Source: a virus
Length of the DNA: 64,000 bases
Direction: 5' to 3' (one strand)
IMG/VR virus record: IMGVR_UViG_3300043464_001679
Coordinates: 14,840-78,839 of that record
A program made the translations under genes and the position numbers. The notes below the pieces were generated by a model. That model saw only the letters and a list, made by a program, of their open reading frames with translations. It made no database searches and was not told the origin of the DNA. Shown here piece by piece: positions 20,891 to 30,511 of the stretch. How positions within the stretch are numbered: the stretch's first letter is position 1; each line of letters opens with the position of its first letter.

Positions 20891-21907
20891 ATGACCAACC
20901 AAACAACTTATGACATTACTAATAAAGATAGAATGTTCGTCTATCTATGGAGTGAAGACGATAATGAATGTAAATTCGGTCAAAGATTCGTATTTTTGGG
21001 ACAAGACCCACATGTAGAATGTAATAAACGTATACGTGAGTCTTTGGGTGTTAGAAAGGATAAATTTGATGGTGGTGGTATTACTGTTCACGGTATTTTT
21101 GATGTTAGTGAATATGCTAAAAAAAATAACATATTTGATAAGAAATCTAAAGTAGATGACCATATACGTAAAGAAATAGGGTTTGTTAAACAAGGAGAGG
21201 TACATAGTGTATCAGCGGAAGTTTTTATAAAATATTTTACAAATTACATGATTAAAAGTATGACGGTATTTAGGCCTAAGTATGTACCTAGGTTCTACCA
21301 AGATTATGTACATATGTTATTTATTGAAAAACTAATAGAGTCTAATAAAGAAAAAATTGATTTTGCTTTGGAGTTAGCTCCACGTTTTGGTAAAACCATA
21401 TGGGCAATTAATTTAATACAAACCTTATTTAATGATTTTGGTTATAAAATATGTTTTTTACCATCTTACATGTTAACTGTAATGCCTTCTTTTAAAAAAG
21501 ATTTTTATGGTTTTGACGGTTATACGGAAAATATGGTATATGTGAGTGATAAAGAGGATTTAAACACAGTCATTAATGAGTGTTATGGTAAAAAAATGAT
21601 TATTGTGGAGACTTCTTTACATATGAATGAACATGAAAGTAAGTTGGATTTAGTTAATAATATACCAGTGAGAGAAAAAGTTTGTTTTATGGATGAAGCC
21701 GATTTTGGTACACATCGTATTAAAAGTCAAGATTTTATTAGATTTATCAACTCTAAACTTAATGTTTATATGACTGGTACGGCTATTGAAAAGGTAATCA
21801 AACCGTTAGAAAATATAGATGATAATATTATTCGTTGGTCTTATACAGATATGTTAATGGTTAAAAATGGCCAACACCCACTACAAAAATTTTTGGCCAA
21901 TAATTAA
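20891..21907 (+). CDS. Restriction-type SF2 helicase, N-terminal half, with possible GIY-YIG/T5orf172-like nuclease
   Basis: Walker A APRFGKT, Walker B DEADFG, motif III MTGT; N-term VYLW..CKFG. Start moved from the track's TTG 20864 to ATG 20891. Confidence 0.7.
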   Translation: MTNQTTYDITNKDRMFVYLWSEDDNECKFGQRFVFLGQDPHVECNKRIRESLGVRKDKFDGGGITVHGIFDVSEYAKKNNIFDKKSKVDDHIRKEIGFVKQGEVHSVSAEVFIKYFTNYMIKSMTVFRPKYVPRFYQDYVHMLFIEKLIESNKEKIDFALELAPRFGKTIWAINLIQTLFNDFGYKICFLPSYMLTVMPSFKKDFYGFDGYTENMVYVSDKEDLNTVINECYGKKMIIVETSLHMNEHESKLDLVNNIPVREKVCFMDEADFGTHRIKSQDFIRFINSKLNVYMTGTAIEKVIKPLENIDDNIIRWSYTDMLMVKNGQHPLQKFLANN

Positions 21908-21915
21908 TTAATTAC

Positions 21916-21923
21916 TATATTTG
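21916..21923 (+). promoter_or_regulatory. Bacteroidota-type -7 promoter element
   Basis: TATATTTG 4 nt before ATG 21928. Confidence 0.5.
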
Positions 21924-21927
21924 TTTC

Positions 21928-24447
21928 ATGGAAAAAATAATAAACATTCTTAAACAAAAATACACTTTACAAAAATCTATAGATTCCGTTAAAGATATAG
22001 TCAACCCCAATTTTTTTAGGTTATCATTAGGTGGTGTTATAGATAAATCTAATAATGTATCTGAAAATTATAAAACAGATTGGTCTAAATTATTGATTGA
22101 TGTTAAAAAATCAAGAGGAACCATTTCCAACTTAATTAAAGGTTTGTTCGGTACTTATGGGGGTGAAATGGAATATATTATAGATTTAAATACCGACGAA
22201 AAATCCCCAAAAGACGTAACCATGGTTTTTGCAGGTACACCTAAAAAAGAACAACAAGAAGAATTAGTTAAAGTTTTTCAAGAATCTTTGGGTCCACAAT
22301 ATGAAGTGGTATTAATTAATGGTGATGAAACTAGTAATCGTGAAGCTGAAGAGTTGGCTAAAAAAACTGTAGCAAAGGCAAAAAGAGAAGGTAAAAAAGT
22401 TGTTTTTGTTAGTAAAGATATGGGTTCACGTAGTTTTTCTGTTTCAGAAATTGATACTGTTATTTTGATGTTTGATAGGGGTTCTTATGCAACTATTAGT
22501 CAAAAAATATCTAGAGTATTAACACCTGGTAAAACATACCATGGTAAAGAAAAAACTGATGGTTATGTAATATCATTGTCTTTAGATCCCAATAGAAATG
22601 AAATTAACCCAATTGATGAGTACATTGTTTATGAAGCTGAAAAAGTAAACGTAAATGAACTATCTGATGGTATTAAAAGAGTTTTAAACTCTATAAACAT
22701 TTTTACTAATGGTAATGGAGGTTTATTTAATCTTGAGATTGACCAATATGTTGATAGATTAATTAACTCTAGTTCCCTAATTAGATTGGGTAAATATTCT
22801 TCTAATCCTGACACTATTATGATGGATGATAACCTAATCAATTTGTTGACGGGTATTGACGTTTATAAGGGTGAAAAAGAAAATGATGAAAAATTGGTTG
22901 GCATTGATTCTTCTTTGGTTAAAAAATTCTTGGAAAAAGAAGTTAAAGAAAGTCAGGAATCTGTAGATGATGAAAAAGAAAACAAAAAAATCATCTCTAT
23001 CCGTGAAAAGATTAGAGAACACATGGAAAATATTGTTGATAACATTGTTGAAATCTCTGAAATAAATAATTGTGAATCAAATGATGTTATTGAGTGTTTG
23101 AACATGATTAAAGATAAGGGTTACGAAAAGGGAGTTCTTTTTGAAGTTGATATGGATTGTGATACTCTTAAAAAAATTATTGAACTAGGTGGTGTGTCTC
23201 ATAAATTGTTAAATACTATTATTACTTCATATAATAGAAATCCTGAATCTAATAAATGGAAACAAAATCCTGGTAAAGGTGAAGTTTTTACCCCAAAAGA
23301 GTTGGTTAACGAAATGTTAGATAGAATACCTGAAAAAGTTTGGAAAAACCCAAAATCAACATTTTGTGATTTATCTATGGGTACCGGTTCTTTTTTGATT
23401 GAAATTGTTAATCGTTTAGTTAATATTTATAAGTATACAGAAGAAGACGCAAAATCCCGTGTCTTTGGTTATGACATTCACGTTAAATATGTAAATTATT
23501 TAAAAAGAATGGGGTATAAAAATCTGTTTTGTACAGATTCTTTAAAAGAAAATTTTAAAATGAGATTTGATGTTGTGATTGGTAATCCTCCTTATCAAAA
23601 ACAGGTAGGACCTAAAAAAACAGAAGCTATTTGGCCTAAATTTGTTGAAAAATCTTTTGATATATGTAAAGAGGGTGGATATGTGAGTTTAATACACCCA
23701 AGTGGGTGGAGAGACGTAAAAGGTAATTTTTCGTTCATAAAAGACTTATTAAAATCTAAAAATATTAAACATCTAAATGTGAACGATTTTAACACAGGAA
23801 AAGAAGTTTTTGGTGTTGGAACTAATTTTGATTGGTATGTAATTGAGAACTCTGAAAATATAAATGATATTACGGAAATTAATAGTATAGATAATGAGGT
23901 TTATGATTTTAATTTAAACAATATTAGTTATATACCTAATGGTATGATTGATATCTATGATATTTTGGTTGCTAAAGAAGGTGAAGAGACAGTTGAGGTT
24001 TTGTATAGTCGTTCTGGTTATGGCACAGACAAATCACATATGTTAAAAGTTAGAACAGAAGAAAATATTTATCCTTGTGTTTATACTATAACAATAAAGG
24101 ATGGTTTGAAATTTTTTTATTCCAATACAAATGATAACGGTTTTTTTGGCGTACCTAAATTAATATGGTCTAACGGATTAGGTACTTATCCTGTTTTAGA
24201 TTTAGATGGTGAATATGGTTTAACACAATTTGCTTACGCCATTGTAGATACAAAAAAAAACTTACCTTTAATTAAAGAAGTTATGGAAAGTGATATTTTT
24301 ATAAATTTAATGAATTATGTTAAGTTTACAAACAATAAATATCACTATAAAATCATATCAACCTTCAAAAAAGACTTCTGGAAATACTTTTTAGATGAAA
24401 ATAACAATGTTATTGAACCTAATTTTGAAAATGTTGAACGAGTATAA
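21928..24447 (+). CDS. Helicase C-terminal domain fused to an N6-adenine DNA methyltransferase (Eco57I/type IIG-ISP-like)
   Basis: SRSFSVSEIDTV..QKISRVLTP (helicase motifs V/VI); GEVFTP, DLSMGTGSF, GNPPY. Confidence 0.8.
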   Translation: MEKIINILKQKYTLQKSIDSVKDIVNPNFFRLSLGGVIDKSNNVSENYKTDWSKLLIDVKKSRGTISNLIKGLFGTYGGEMEYIIDLNTDEKSPKDVTMVFAGTPKKEQQEELVKVFQESLGPQYEVVLINGDETSNREAEELAKKTVAKAKREGKKVVFVSKDMGSRSFSVSEIDTVILMFDRGSYATISQKISRVLTPGKTYHGKEKTDGYVISLSLDPNRNEINPIDEYIVYEAEKVNVNELSDGIKRVLNSINIFTNGNGGLFNLEIDQYVDRLINSSSLIRLGKYSSNPDTIMMDDNLINLLTGIDVYKGEKENDEKLVGIDSSLVKKFLEKEVKESQESVDDEKENKKIISIREKIREHMENIVDNIVEISEINNCESNDVIECLNMIKDKGYEKGVLFEVDMDCDTLKKIIELGGVSHKLLNTIITSYNRNPESNKWKQNPGKGEVFTPKELVNEMLDRIPEKVWKNPKSTFCDLSMGTGSFLIEIVNRLVNIYKYTEEDAKSRVFGYDIHVKYVNYLKRMGYKNLFCTDSLKENFKMRFDVVIGNPPYQKQVGPKKTEAIWPKFVEKSFDICKEGGYVSLIHPSGWRDVKGNFSFIKDLLKSKNIKHLNVNDFNTGKEVFGVGTNFDWYVIENSENINDITEINSIDNEVYDFNLNNISYIPNGMIDIYDILVAKEGEETVEVLYSRSGYGTDKSHMLKVRTEENIYPCVYTITIKDGLKFFYSNTNDNGFFGVPKLIWSNGLGTYPVLDLDGEYGLTQFAYAIVDTKKNLPLIKEVMESDIFINLMNYVKFTNNKYHYKIISTFKKDFWKYFLDENNNVIEPNFENVERV

Positions 24448-24850
24448 AGAACATATCAGAAACAGACCTTATATGTCGGGTGTTGATCGAGATAAACTTA
24501 GAGTTAAAAAAACAGCAGAAGTTTTTACACCACAACACCTAGTGATAGAAATGTTAGATAAGTTAGAACAGGAAAATCCTGAATTATTCACAGACCCTAC
24601 CAAAACATTTATTGATAATAGTTGTGGTGATGGTGAATTTTTAGGTGAGATTGTTATTAGAAAAATGGAAAGAAGTGGATGTCCATTAGAACAGGCATTA
24701 TCTACAACATATGGTGTTGATTTAATGGAAGATAATGTCGAGGAATGTAAAAAAAGATTATCAGGACCAAACCCAACAGAAGAGATTTTAAATATTTTAA
24801 ATAAAAATATTGTTTGTCATGATGGGTTAACATATGATTATAACTTTTAA
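24431..24850 (+). CDS. Short SAM-binding methyltransferase-like protein lacking NPPY
   Basis: AEVFTP, DNSCGDGEF, YGVDL; no motif IV. Start set at ATG 24431. Confidence 0.7.
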   Translation: MLNEYKEHIRNRPYMSGVDRDKLRVKKTAEVFTPQHLVIEMLDKLEQENPELFTDPTKTFIDNSCGDGEFLGEIVIRKMERSGCPLEQALSTTYGVDLMEDNVEECKKRLSGPNPTEEILNILNKNIVCHDGLTYDYNF

Positions 24851-24880
24851 ATATCGGTCAAAAAACCGATATTTTTTTTT
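24850..24880 (+). terminator. Hairpin/terminator, right boundary; inverted copy of the 20813 hairpin
   Basis: AATATCGGT-CAAAAA-ACCGATATT plus T run. Confidence 0.7.
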
Positions 24881-24925
24881 AACACATAAATAGACTTTAT
24901 CCTTAAAATTGACTATATTTAATAT

Positions 24926-25402
24926 ATGACTGAAAATAAAAAATTAGCATTAGAATGTTTGTGGGAAGAAGCTAAAATGTATTCTAAATTATATTATGAA
25001 ACAGATAATGAATACAAAAAACATAAGTACGTTTCACATTTTAGGAGTCCAATCTATGACGAGACAAACATTTCATTTTTTCAAAAAGAGTTTATTTCTT
25101 TAAGAGCCTTTAATAAAGAAGGTAAAATCACAGAAGAACATTGTAATGGTAGAACTAATTGTTCTAAAAAATTATTAGAAAAAATACATTTAAAAGAAAT
25201 TGTAACTTTTGATGAATTTGTTAACTTCCTAAAAGAATATTGTTATACAATAAAAATCTTATCAGAAGAAAATGTTTCTGTAGCAACTTATCTTAAAAAA
25301 CATAAAGAAAAAAATTTTATAGAAGCTTACAATGATTTAGGTATTATAATTTGTGACCAAAAAGGTACAATAATCGAAAAACTTGATTTACCTATTATTT
25401 AA
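24926..25402 (+). CDS. Hypothetical protein
   Basis: 158-aa ORF. Confidence 0.6.
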   Translation: MTENKKLALECLWEEAKMYSKLYYETDNEYKKHKYVSHFRSPIYDETNISFFQKEFISLRAFNKEGKITEEHCNGRTNCSKKLLEKIHLKEIVTFDEFVNFLKEYCYTIKILSEENVSVATYLKKHKEKNFIEAYNDLGIIICDQKGTIIEKLDLPII

Positions 25403-26368
25403 ATGGCTGAAAACACCTTAATTTACGGTATAATATTAGATATTCTAGGAAGACCTAAAAAAAAGAACGAATCAAAACAACAATATAGTTTTGATTGTCC
25501 TGTTTGTTCTGCTGAAAAAGGTGAGTATGACGGTGACGGGAAAGGTAATCTAGAAGTTAATCTAGGTGAAGGTGTTTATAACTGTTGGGCTTGTGGTGAT
25601 ATTAATGGGACAAAGGGTAGTTTAAAAAAATTATTTAAAAGTTTTGCTAATAAACAACAAGTTAAAAAATTAAAAATGATTGGTTATTCTTTGGATGACT
25701 TTAAATCTAAAGTTAAAGAAACCAATGTAATTGAAGACTTAACCCTACCAAAGGGTTTTATTAGTTTCGAAGATGGTAATACAAAATCACTCTTATATAA
25801 ACAGGCATGGAATTATTTAACTAAAGAAAGAAAATTAACCCCCGAAATAATTAAAAGACATAAAATGGGTTATGTTAGTGGGGGTCAATATGATTCTAGG
25901 GTTGTAATACCTTCATATGATATAGATAATAAATTAAATTATTGGGTAACAAGAACTTATGTTAATGCTAAACCAAAATATTTAAATCCTGATTCAGATA
26001 AAGAGGTTTTAATATTTAATGAGTGTTGTGTTAATTGGGATTCTGATGTTTATTTAGTTGAAGGTCCTTTTGACCACATTGTTGTACACAACTCAATTCC
26101 ACTTTTAGGTAAGAAAATTTCAGATAAATTAATGCACTCACTTTTCCACAAAGCTAGTAGTAATGTAATAATTCTTTTAGATTCAGATGCGTGGGATGAC
26201 GCAAAAAAACATTATGCAAAGTTGAATGTTGGAAAATTATTCGATAGAATTAAAATAATTAAAATGAAAGAGGGATATGATATCGCTAAAATACATGAAG
26301 ATTTTGGTAGACAAGGTGTTATTGAGGTTATGAAAAGTGGGATAAAATTAAAAGAAAGTGAATTATAG
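25403..26368 (+). CDS. DNA primase (Zn finger + TOPRIM)
   Basis: CPVC..CWAC; YLVEGPFD; LLDSDA. Confidence 0.9.
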   Translation: MAENTLIYGIILDILGRPKKKNESKQQYSFDCPVCSAEKGEYDGDGKGNLEVNLGEGVYNCWACGDINGTKGSLKKLFKSFANKQQVKKLKMIGYSLDDFKSKVKETNVIEDLTLPKGFISFEDGNTKSLLYKQAWNYLTKERKLTPEIIKRHKMGYVSGGQYDSRVVIPSYDIDNKLNYWVTRTYVNAKPKYLNPDSDKEVLIFNECCVNWDSDVYLVEGPFDHIVVHNSIPLLGKKISDKLMHSLFHKASSNVIILLDSDAWDDAKKHYAKLNVGKLFDRIKIIKMKEGYDIAKIHEDFGRQGVIEVMKSGIKLKESEL

Positions 26369-26370
26369 TT

Positions 26371-26577
26371 ATGGGGTTTAATAAGAAGATAATTAAAAAA
26401 GAAATTTTAATAGAAAGATTTAAATTAGAAGGTTATCAGGGTATAATAGATTATATTGGTAATTCTGAATCTTTATTTGGGTTAGACGAAGAAATAAAAA
26501 ATGTTCTAGATTTAGTTTACTGTGATATTTGCCCAACTAAAAAAAATATAGAAATAAATAAGATAATATATGGCTAG
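26371..26577 (+). CDS. Hypothetical protein
   Basis: 68 aa, coupled in operon. Confidence 0.55.
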   Translation: MGFNKKIIKKEILIERFKLEGYQGIIDYIGNSESLFGLDEEIKNVLDLVYCDICPTKKNIEINKIIYG

Positions 26578-26821
26578 TATATGTGACCCCCCTTATTTTG
26601 AGTATGAGGGACCAAGAATTAATGAAGAGTATGTGGCTATTAAAGTCAATGAAGAACTTTTACAAAGAATTGAATCATTAGAACGAAAGGTTGATGATTT
26701 ACAAAATAGGAATAAAAAATTAGAAAATATTTTAAAATATTCTTTTATGTCTTTTAAGTTTAAAGGTGAAGCAAAACCAACCGAGTCTTATCAAAGATTT
26801 AGAACCCTTCTTGGTTTATGA
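26570..26821 (+). CDS. Hypothetical coiled-coil protein
   Basis: 83 aa, coupled. Confidence 0.55.
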   Translation: MASICDPPYFEYEGPRINEEYVAIKVNEELLQRIESLERKVDDLQNRNKKLENILKYSFMSFKFKGEAKPTESYQRFRTLLGL

Positions 26822-27561
26822 AAAGAGAATGTGATGTTTATCTTGAACCGATAGAACACGTTTATATACACCGTAAAACAGGTGAGAAGTTTAAATCGGT
26901 TACCACAGTTCTAGGGATGTTAGAACCACATTTTCCTGCAGAAGAAGTTGCTCTTAGAATTTCTTTACAATCCGATGAAGTAAGAAAACCTGAATATAGG
27001 GGAATGACCCAACAACAAATTTTAGATGAATGGGTTAGAATAAATAAAGAAGCTAATGAGTATGGTACTGAAATACATGAGATACTTGAAAGATATCTTT
27101 TAGCTGGTAAAATATATTTCCCTAAAAACGACTACGAAAGAAAAATAATTACCCTTTTCCAAGAGGTGGATGATATGAGGGGTACTATTTACCCTGAAAC
27201 AGTTTTATTTTCTGCCAAACATAAATTAGCTGGTACCGCTGATATTATTGAAGACTGTGGTGATTATTTTAATGTTAGGGACTTTAAAACAAACAAAAAA
27301 ATTAACTATATATCGGAATACGGTCATTGGTTAAACCCACCCGTTTCACATTTAACTGATTGTCAGTATAGTATCTATAGCCTACAAATGTCAATTTATG
27401 CCTACATGTATCAAATTGAGACACGTAAAAAAGTTGGTAAAATGAATCTTTTTTATTTAAATCCTGAGACTGAAAAGTTTGAGGTTATCTATGTACCTTA
27501 TATGGGTTTGGAAGCAAAAAAGGTACTTGATTATTGGAAAGAAACTCAATTAAATAAGTAA
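26818..27561 (+). CDS. PD-(D/E)XK family exonuclease
   Basis: SVTT, GTEIH, AGTADI, DFKT, QMSIY motifs. Confidence 0.85.
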   Translation: MKRECDVYLEPIEHVYIHRKTGEKFKSVTTVLGMLEPHFPAEEVALRISLQSDEVRKPEYRGMTQQQILDEWVRINKEANEYGTEIHEILERYLLAGKIYFPKNDYERKIITLFQEVDDMRGTIYPETVLFSAKHKLAGTADIIEDCGDYFNVRDFKTNKKINYISEYGHWLNPPVSHLTDCQYSIYSLQMSIYAYMYQIETRKKVGKMNLFYLNPETEKFEVIYVPYMGLEAKKVLDYWKETQLNK

Positions 27562-27619
27562 TCAAAAAAGTATTTATTGTTTAAAATATTTTGATTATTT
27601 TTAAATAAATAAAAAGAAT

Positions 27620-28759
27620 ATGCCTGAAGAAATTAAATTAACAAGAGAAGAAACACTTGAAATTAAAGATAGATTTATGAATTTCTATAAAGATTTAGAG
27701 TCTATCCAAGACTACTTCCTTGCCAGAAAAAAAGAAAAAATTATTGGTATTGACCATGATAAATATACTAAAGACATGTTTACCGATTATAACATGCAAC
27801 CAAAAGATATGGACTTTGAAATGGAGGTCATTGAAGGTAGTTTGTTTAGTCCCACCACACAAATTATAACTTCTTTACCACTAGAATCACAAATTGGTAG
27901 ACAAATTATGTTGGGTGTTAAAGAAAAAAACACAAACAAATATATCGGATTTATTCGTATGGCTTCACCTGTTTTATCCATTAAACCTAGAAATGACCAT
28001 TTTGGACAAACTATTAGAGCTACTGCTGTAAATAAACATATGATTAATGGAGCTATCATTGTTCCTGTACAACCTTTTGGATATAATTATTTAGGGGGTA
28101 AACTTTTAGCTTTAATGGCATGTTCACATGAAATTAGAAACATGTTAAAAGAAAAATATGGTGATAAAATAGATACTTGTTTCATGGAAACAACGTCTTT
28201 ATATGGTGATATTAAAGGTATGAGTCAATACGATGGTTTAAAACCATTTATCCGTTACCAAGACATGACAGAATCAGATTTGTTTCTTTTCCCAACAGAG
28301 GAAGTTTATGGACCAATCAGACGTAAAATTAGAGAGCTTTATGGTAAACCTGAGTGGGGTGGAAATACTGTAGACCCAGGACCATCAGGGCCTAAGATGA
28401 GAGAATTTAATAAAGCTATTTCTATATTAAAAAATCACCTTAGAGAATATGATATGGATGCTTATAATGAGTTCCATAAATTTACTAAGACACATATGAA
28501 AGCTAAAACTAAGAAAAGATATTATTATTCTAATTTTGGTTTTGATAATGTTATTGAACATGTTAATTCTAATGGTGAAACTCCTTTGGTTGAGGGGCAA
28601 AATTATCATAAACATAATCTTTCATACATGATTGAATGGTGGAAGAAAAAATCTCAAAAAAGATATAATACTTTAAAAGAAGAAGGTAGACTTAGAACTG
28701 AATTAGAAATATATACTGAAGATAGTATAAATAACAAAGAAGTTGATATGGTTAGGTAA
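27620..28759 (+). CDS. DUF4338-like (Druantia DruA-related) protein
   Basis: VPVQPFGYNYLGGKLLAL, ETTSLYG..SQYDGLK. Confidence 0.7.
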   Translation: MPEEIKLTREETLEIKDRFMNFYKDLESIQDYFLARKKEKIIGIDHDKYTKDMFTDYNMQPKDMDFEMEVIEGSLFSPTTQIITSLPLESQIGRQIMLGVKEKNTNKYIGFIRMASPVLSIKPRNDHFGQTIRATAVNKHMINGAIIVPVQPFGYNYLGGKLLALMACSHEIRNMLKEKYGDKIDTCFMETTSLYGDIKGMSQYDGLKPFIRYQDMTESDLFLFPTEEVYGPIRRKIRELYGKPEWGGNTVDPGPSGPKMREFNKAISILKNHLREYDMDAYNEFHKFTKTHMKAKTKKRYYYSNFGFDNVIEHVNSNGETPLVEGQNYHKHNLSYMIEWWKKKSQKRYNTLKEEGRLRTELEIYTEDSINNKEVDMVR

Positions 28760-29112
28760 TGAAAGATAATAAATTAAAACATAGTTTTGTTGAAAAAGAT
28801 GAATCTACAGAAACTTTTTTAAATGAATGGTTAAGACTTACCACACCACAGGCTCAACCTTTCACAATAGAACAATCTTTTCGTAATTATGAAGATGTCG
28901 TTGTAAGTGAAGCAATATTAGACCATTTGTTAGTGGATAATAATGATGATTATGTTGAATATGTTAAAAAAGAATTATCACATAGACTAGCAAAAATATT
29001 ATTAGACGAGGGTTTTATTGATTTTTCTGTACATAAAAACATTTATACAGACTATACTGATTTTAGGATGAGAATAAAAGTTATTAGAAACTCCGAAAAT
29101 AATGTACGTTGA
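28759..29112 (+). CDS. Hypothetical protein
   Basis: 117 aa, coupled. Confidence 0.55.
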   Translation: MKDNKLKHSFVEKDESTETFLNEWLRLTTPQAQPFTIEQSFRNYEDVVVSEAILDHLLVDNNDDYVEYVKKELSHRLAKILLDEGFIDFSVHKNIYTDYTDFRMRIKVIRNSENNVR

Positions 29113-29521
29113 GATATCTGCTAGACAAACAGGTAAGACTACTAGATTAGTGGATGATTTAGTAAATTTTTTACAAACAAATGGTGATAAATCAGCTTTA
29201 GTTGTTTCATCACACAACCCCTCTAGAAAATCAATAAAACAAAAAATAATGGAGAAATGTGGTTTACCCTGTGTTAATAGGACTATAACTTCACACAAAA
29301 TGTTACCACCTTCTAATAGTATGAAACAATATGTGGACGAGTTTTTTTATCTAGAACCAAACAAATTAGTTTTGGATGAAAATGCATATTATACAGGTAC
29401 CCCCAAAGAACGAATATATGGAATATATGAAGAAATTTACTGTACATTTCAAATAAAAAATAATGGTAATATGGTACCTATTAAACCAATAAAAAGACAT
29501 GGATTTGGAGGAAATAGTTGA
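29102..29521 (+). CDS. Small P-loop protein resembling a terminase ATPase fragment
   Basis: SARQTGKTT, YVDEF, YTGTP. Confidence 0.55.
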   Translation: MYVEISARQTGKTTRLVDDLVNFLQTNGDKSALVVSSHNPSRKSIKQKIMEKCGLPCVNRTITSHKMLPPSNSMKQYVDEFFYLEPNKLVLDENAYYTGTPKERIYGIYEEIYCTFQIKNNGNMVPIKPIKRHGFGGNS

Positions 29522-29885
29522 AAAATGGGAGATTACGGGTCTTCTATCTGATTTACCTAATGAGTGGATTAAACAAAATTTAGCTTTAACTTACGAAAAA
29601 ATAACCACTCACTTATTAGATGGTGACGCTAGTTATGTTACACTAACTTTCCCTATAGTACATAGAATTTGTAAAACAGGTTTAGTTATTACAAATATAG
29701 AACATTTTTTGGGTGAGGTGAATAATTTTTTCCATTCTAATCAACATTTATTAGATGGTACTTATGATAGTATTGATATAGAGTTTGAACTTTGTAGGGT
29801 TTTTTCTGAAGATTATATGGAATGGTTAATAGATAACCCACAAAATCTAGAACCTAATAAATTTTTACCAAAACATAATCTATGA
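29499..29885 (+). CDS. Hypothetical protein resembling the N-terminal region of a T4-type major capsid protein
   Basis: EKWEITGLL...NLALTYE...FPIVHRI. Confidence 0.45.
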   Translation: MDLEEIVEKWEITGLLSDLPNEWIKQNLALTYEKITTHLLDGDASYVTLTFPIVHRICKTGLVITNIEHFLGEVNNFFHSNQHLLDGTYDSIDIEFELCRVFSEDYMEWLIDNPQNLEPNKFLPKHNL

Positions 29886-30175
29886 TAGCTTTATATACAT
29901 TGCTTGATATATGGTTTAATGAAACATACGGGTATTTAGGTTTTAAAATTTCAGAACCATACCAAGATGAAGAAAATTTAAAGTTTTATTTTGGCATACT
30001 ACATAACAACAATAAAACAGATATACGTAGAGTAAACTTAGAAAACATTATGGATTTTACTGTTGGTAATTTTGAACTTAGAAAAACAATATTTGATACT
30101 TTACTAAAATCACATGGGTATAGATTAGATAATGACTTTACACCGATAAAAAAAATCAATAAACTTAGTTTATGA
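29882..30175 (+). CDS. Hypothetical protein
   Basis: 97 aa, coupled. Confidence 0.55.
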   Translation: MIALYTLLDIWFNETYGYLGFKISEPYQDEENLKFYFGILHNNNKTDIRRVNLENIMDFTVGNFELRKTIFDTLLKSHGYRLDNDFTPIKKINKLSL

Positions 30176-30507
30176 AGGTTGCTGTGATTGGTAGTAGAAA
30201 TTTTAATGACTACGAAGAAGTCGAACAGGTGTTATCAAGTGTAAAGATAACATTATTGGTTTCTGGTGGTGCTAAAGGTGCTGATACCCTAGGTCAAAAG
30301 TACGCTGAAGAACATAATATTGAAACTAAAATATTTTTACCTGATTGGAAAAAATATGGTAAAAAGGCGGGTTTTTTAAGGAATTCAGATATTATAAACG
30401 AATCTGAATTAGTTGTAGCTTTTTGGGATGGTTTTTCTAAAGGTACCTTAGATTCTATAAAAAAGGCTGAAAAAAAAGGTAAAAATATATTATTAATAAG
30501 AATATAA
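30172..30507 (+). CDS. SLOG family protein (YspA/DUF2493-like)
   Basis: VIGSRNF, VSGGAKGAD, AGFLRN, FWDGFSKGT. Confidence 0.85.
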   Translation: MKVAVIGSRNFNDYEEVEQVLSSVKITLLVSGGAKGADTLGQKYAEEHNIETKIFLPDWKKYGKKAGFLRNSDIINESELVVAFWDGFSKGTLDSIKKAEKKGKNILLIRI

Positions 30508-30511
30508 AAAT

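Noticed and set aside
26818-27561. Cas4 / CRISPR adaptation gene
   Set aside because: No four-Cys Fe-S pattern or CRISPR context; generic phage PD-(D/E)XK nuclease.
27620-28759. Complete Druantia defence system
   Set aside because: Only a lone DUF4338-like gene; no DruE-type helicase or partner genes adjacent.
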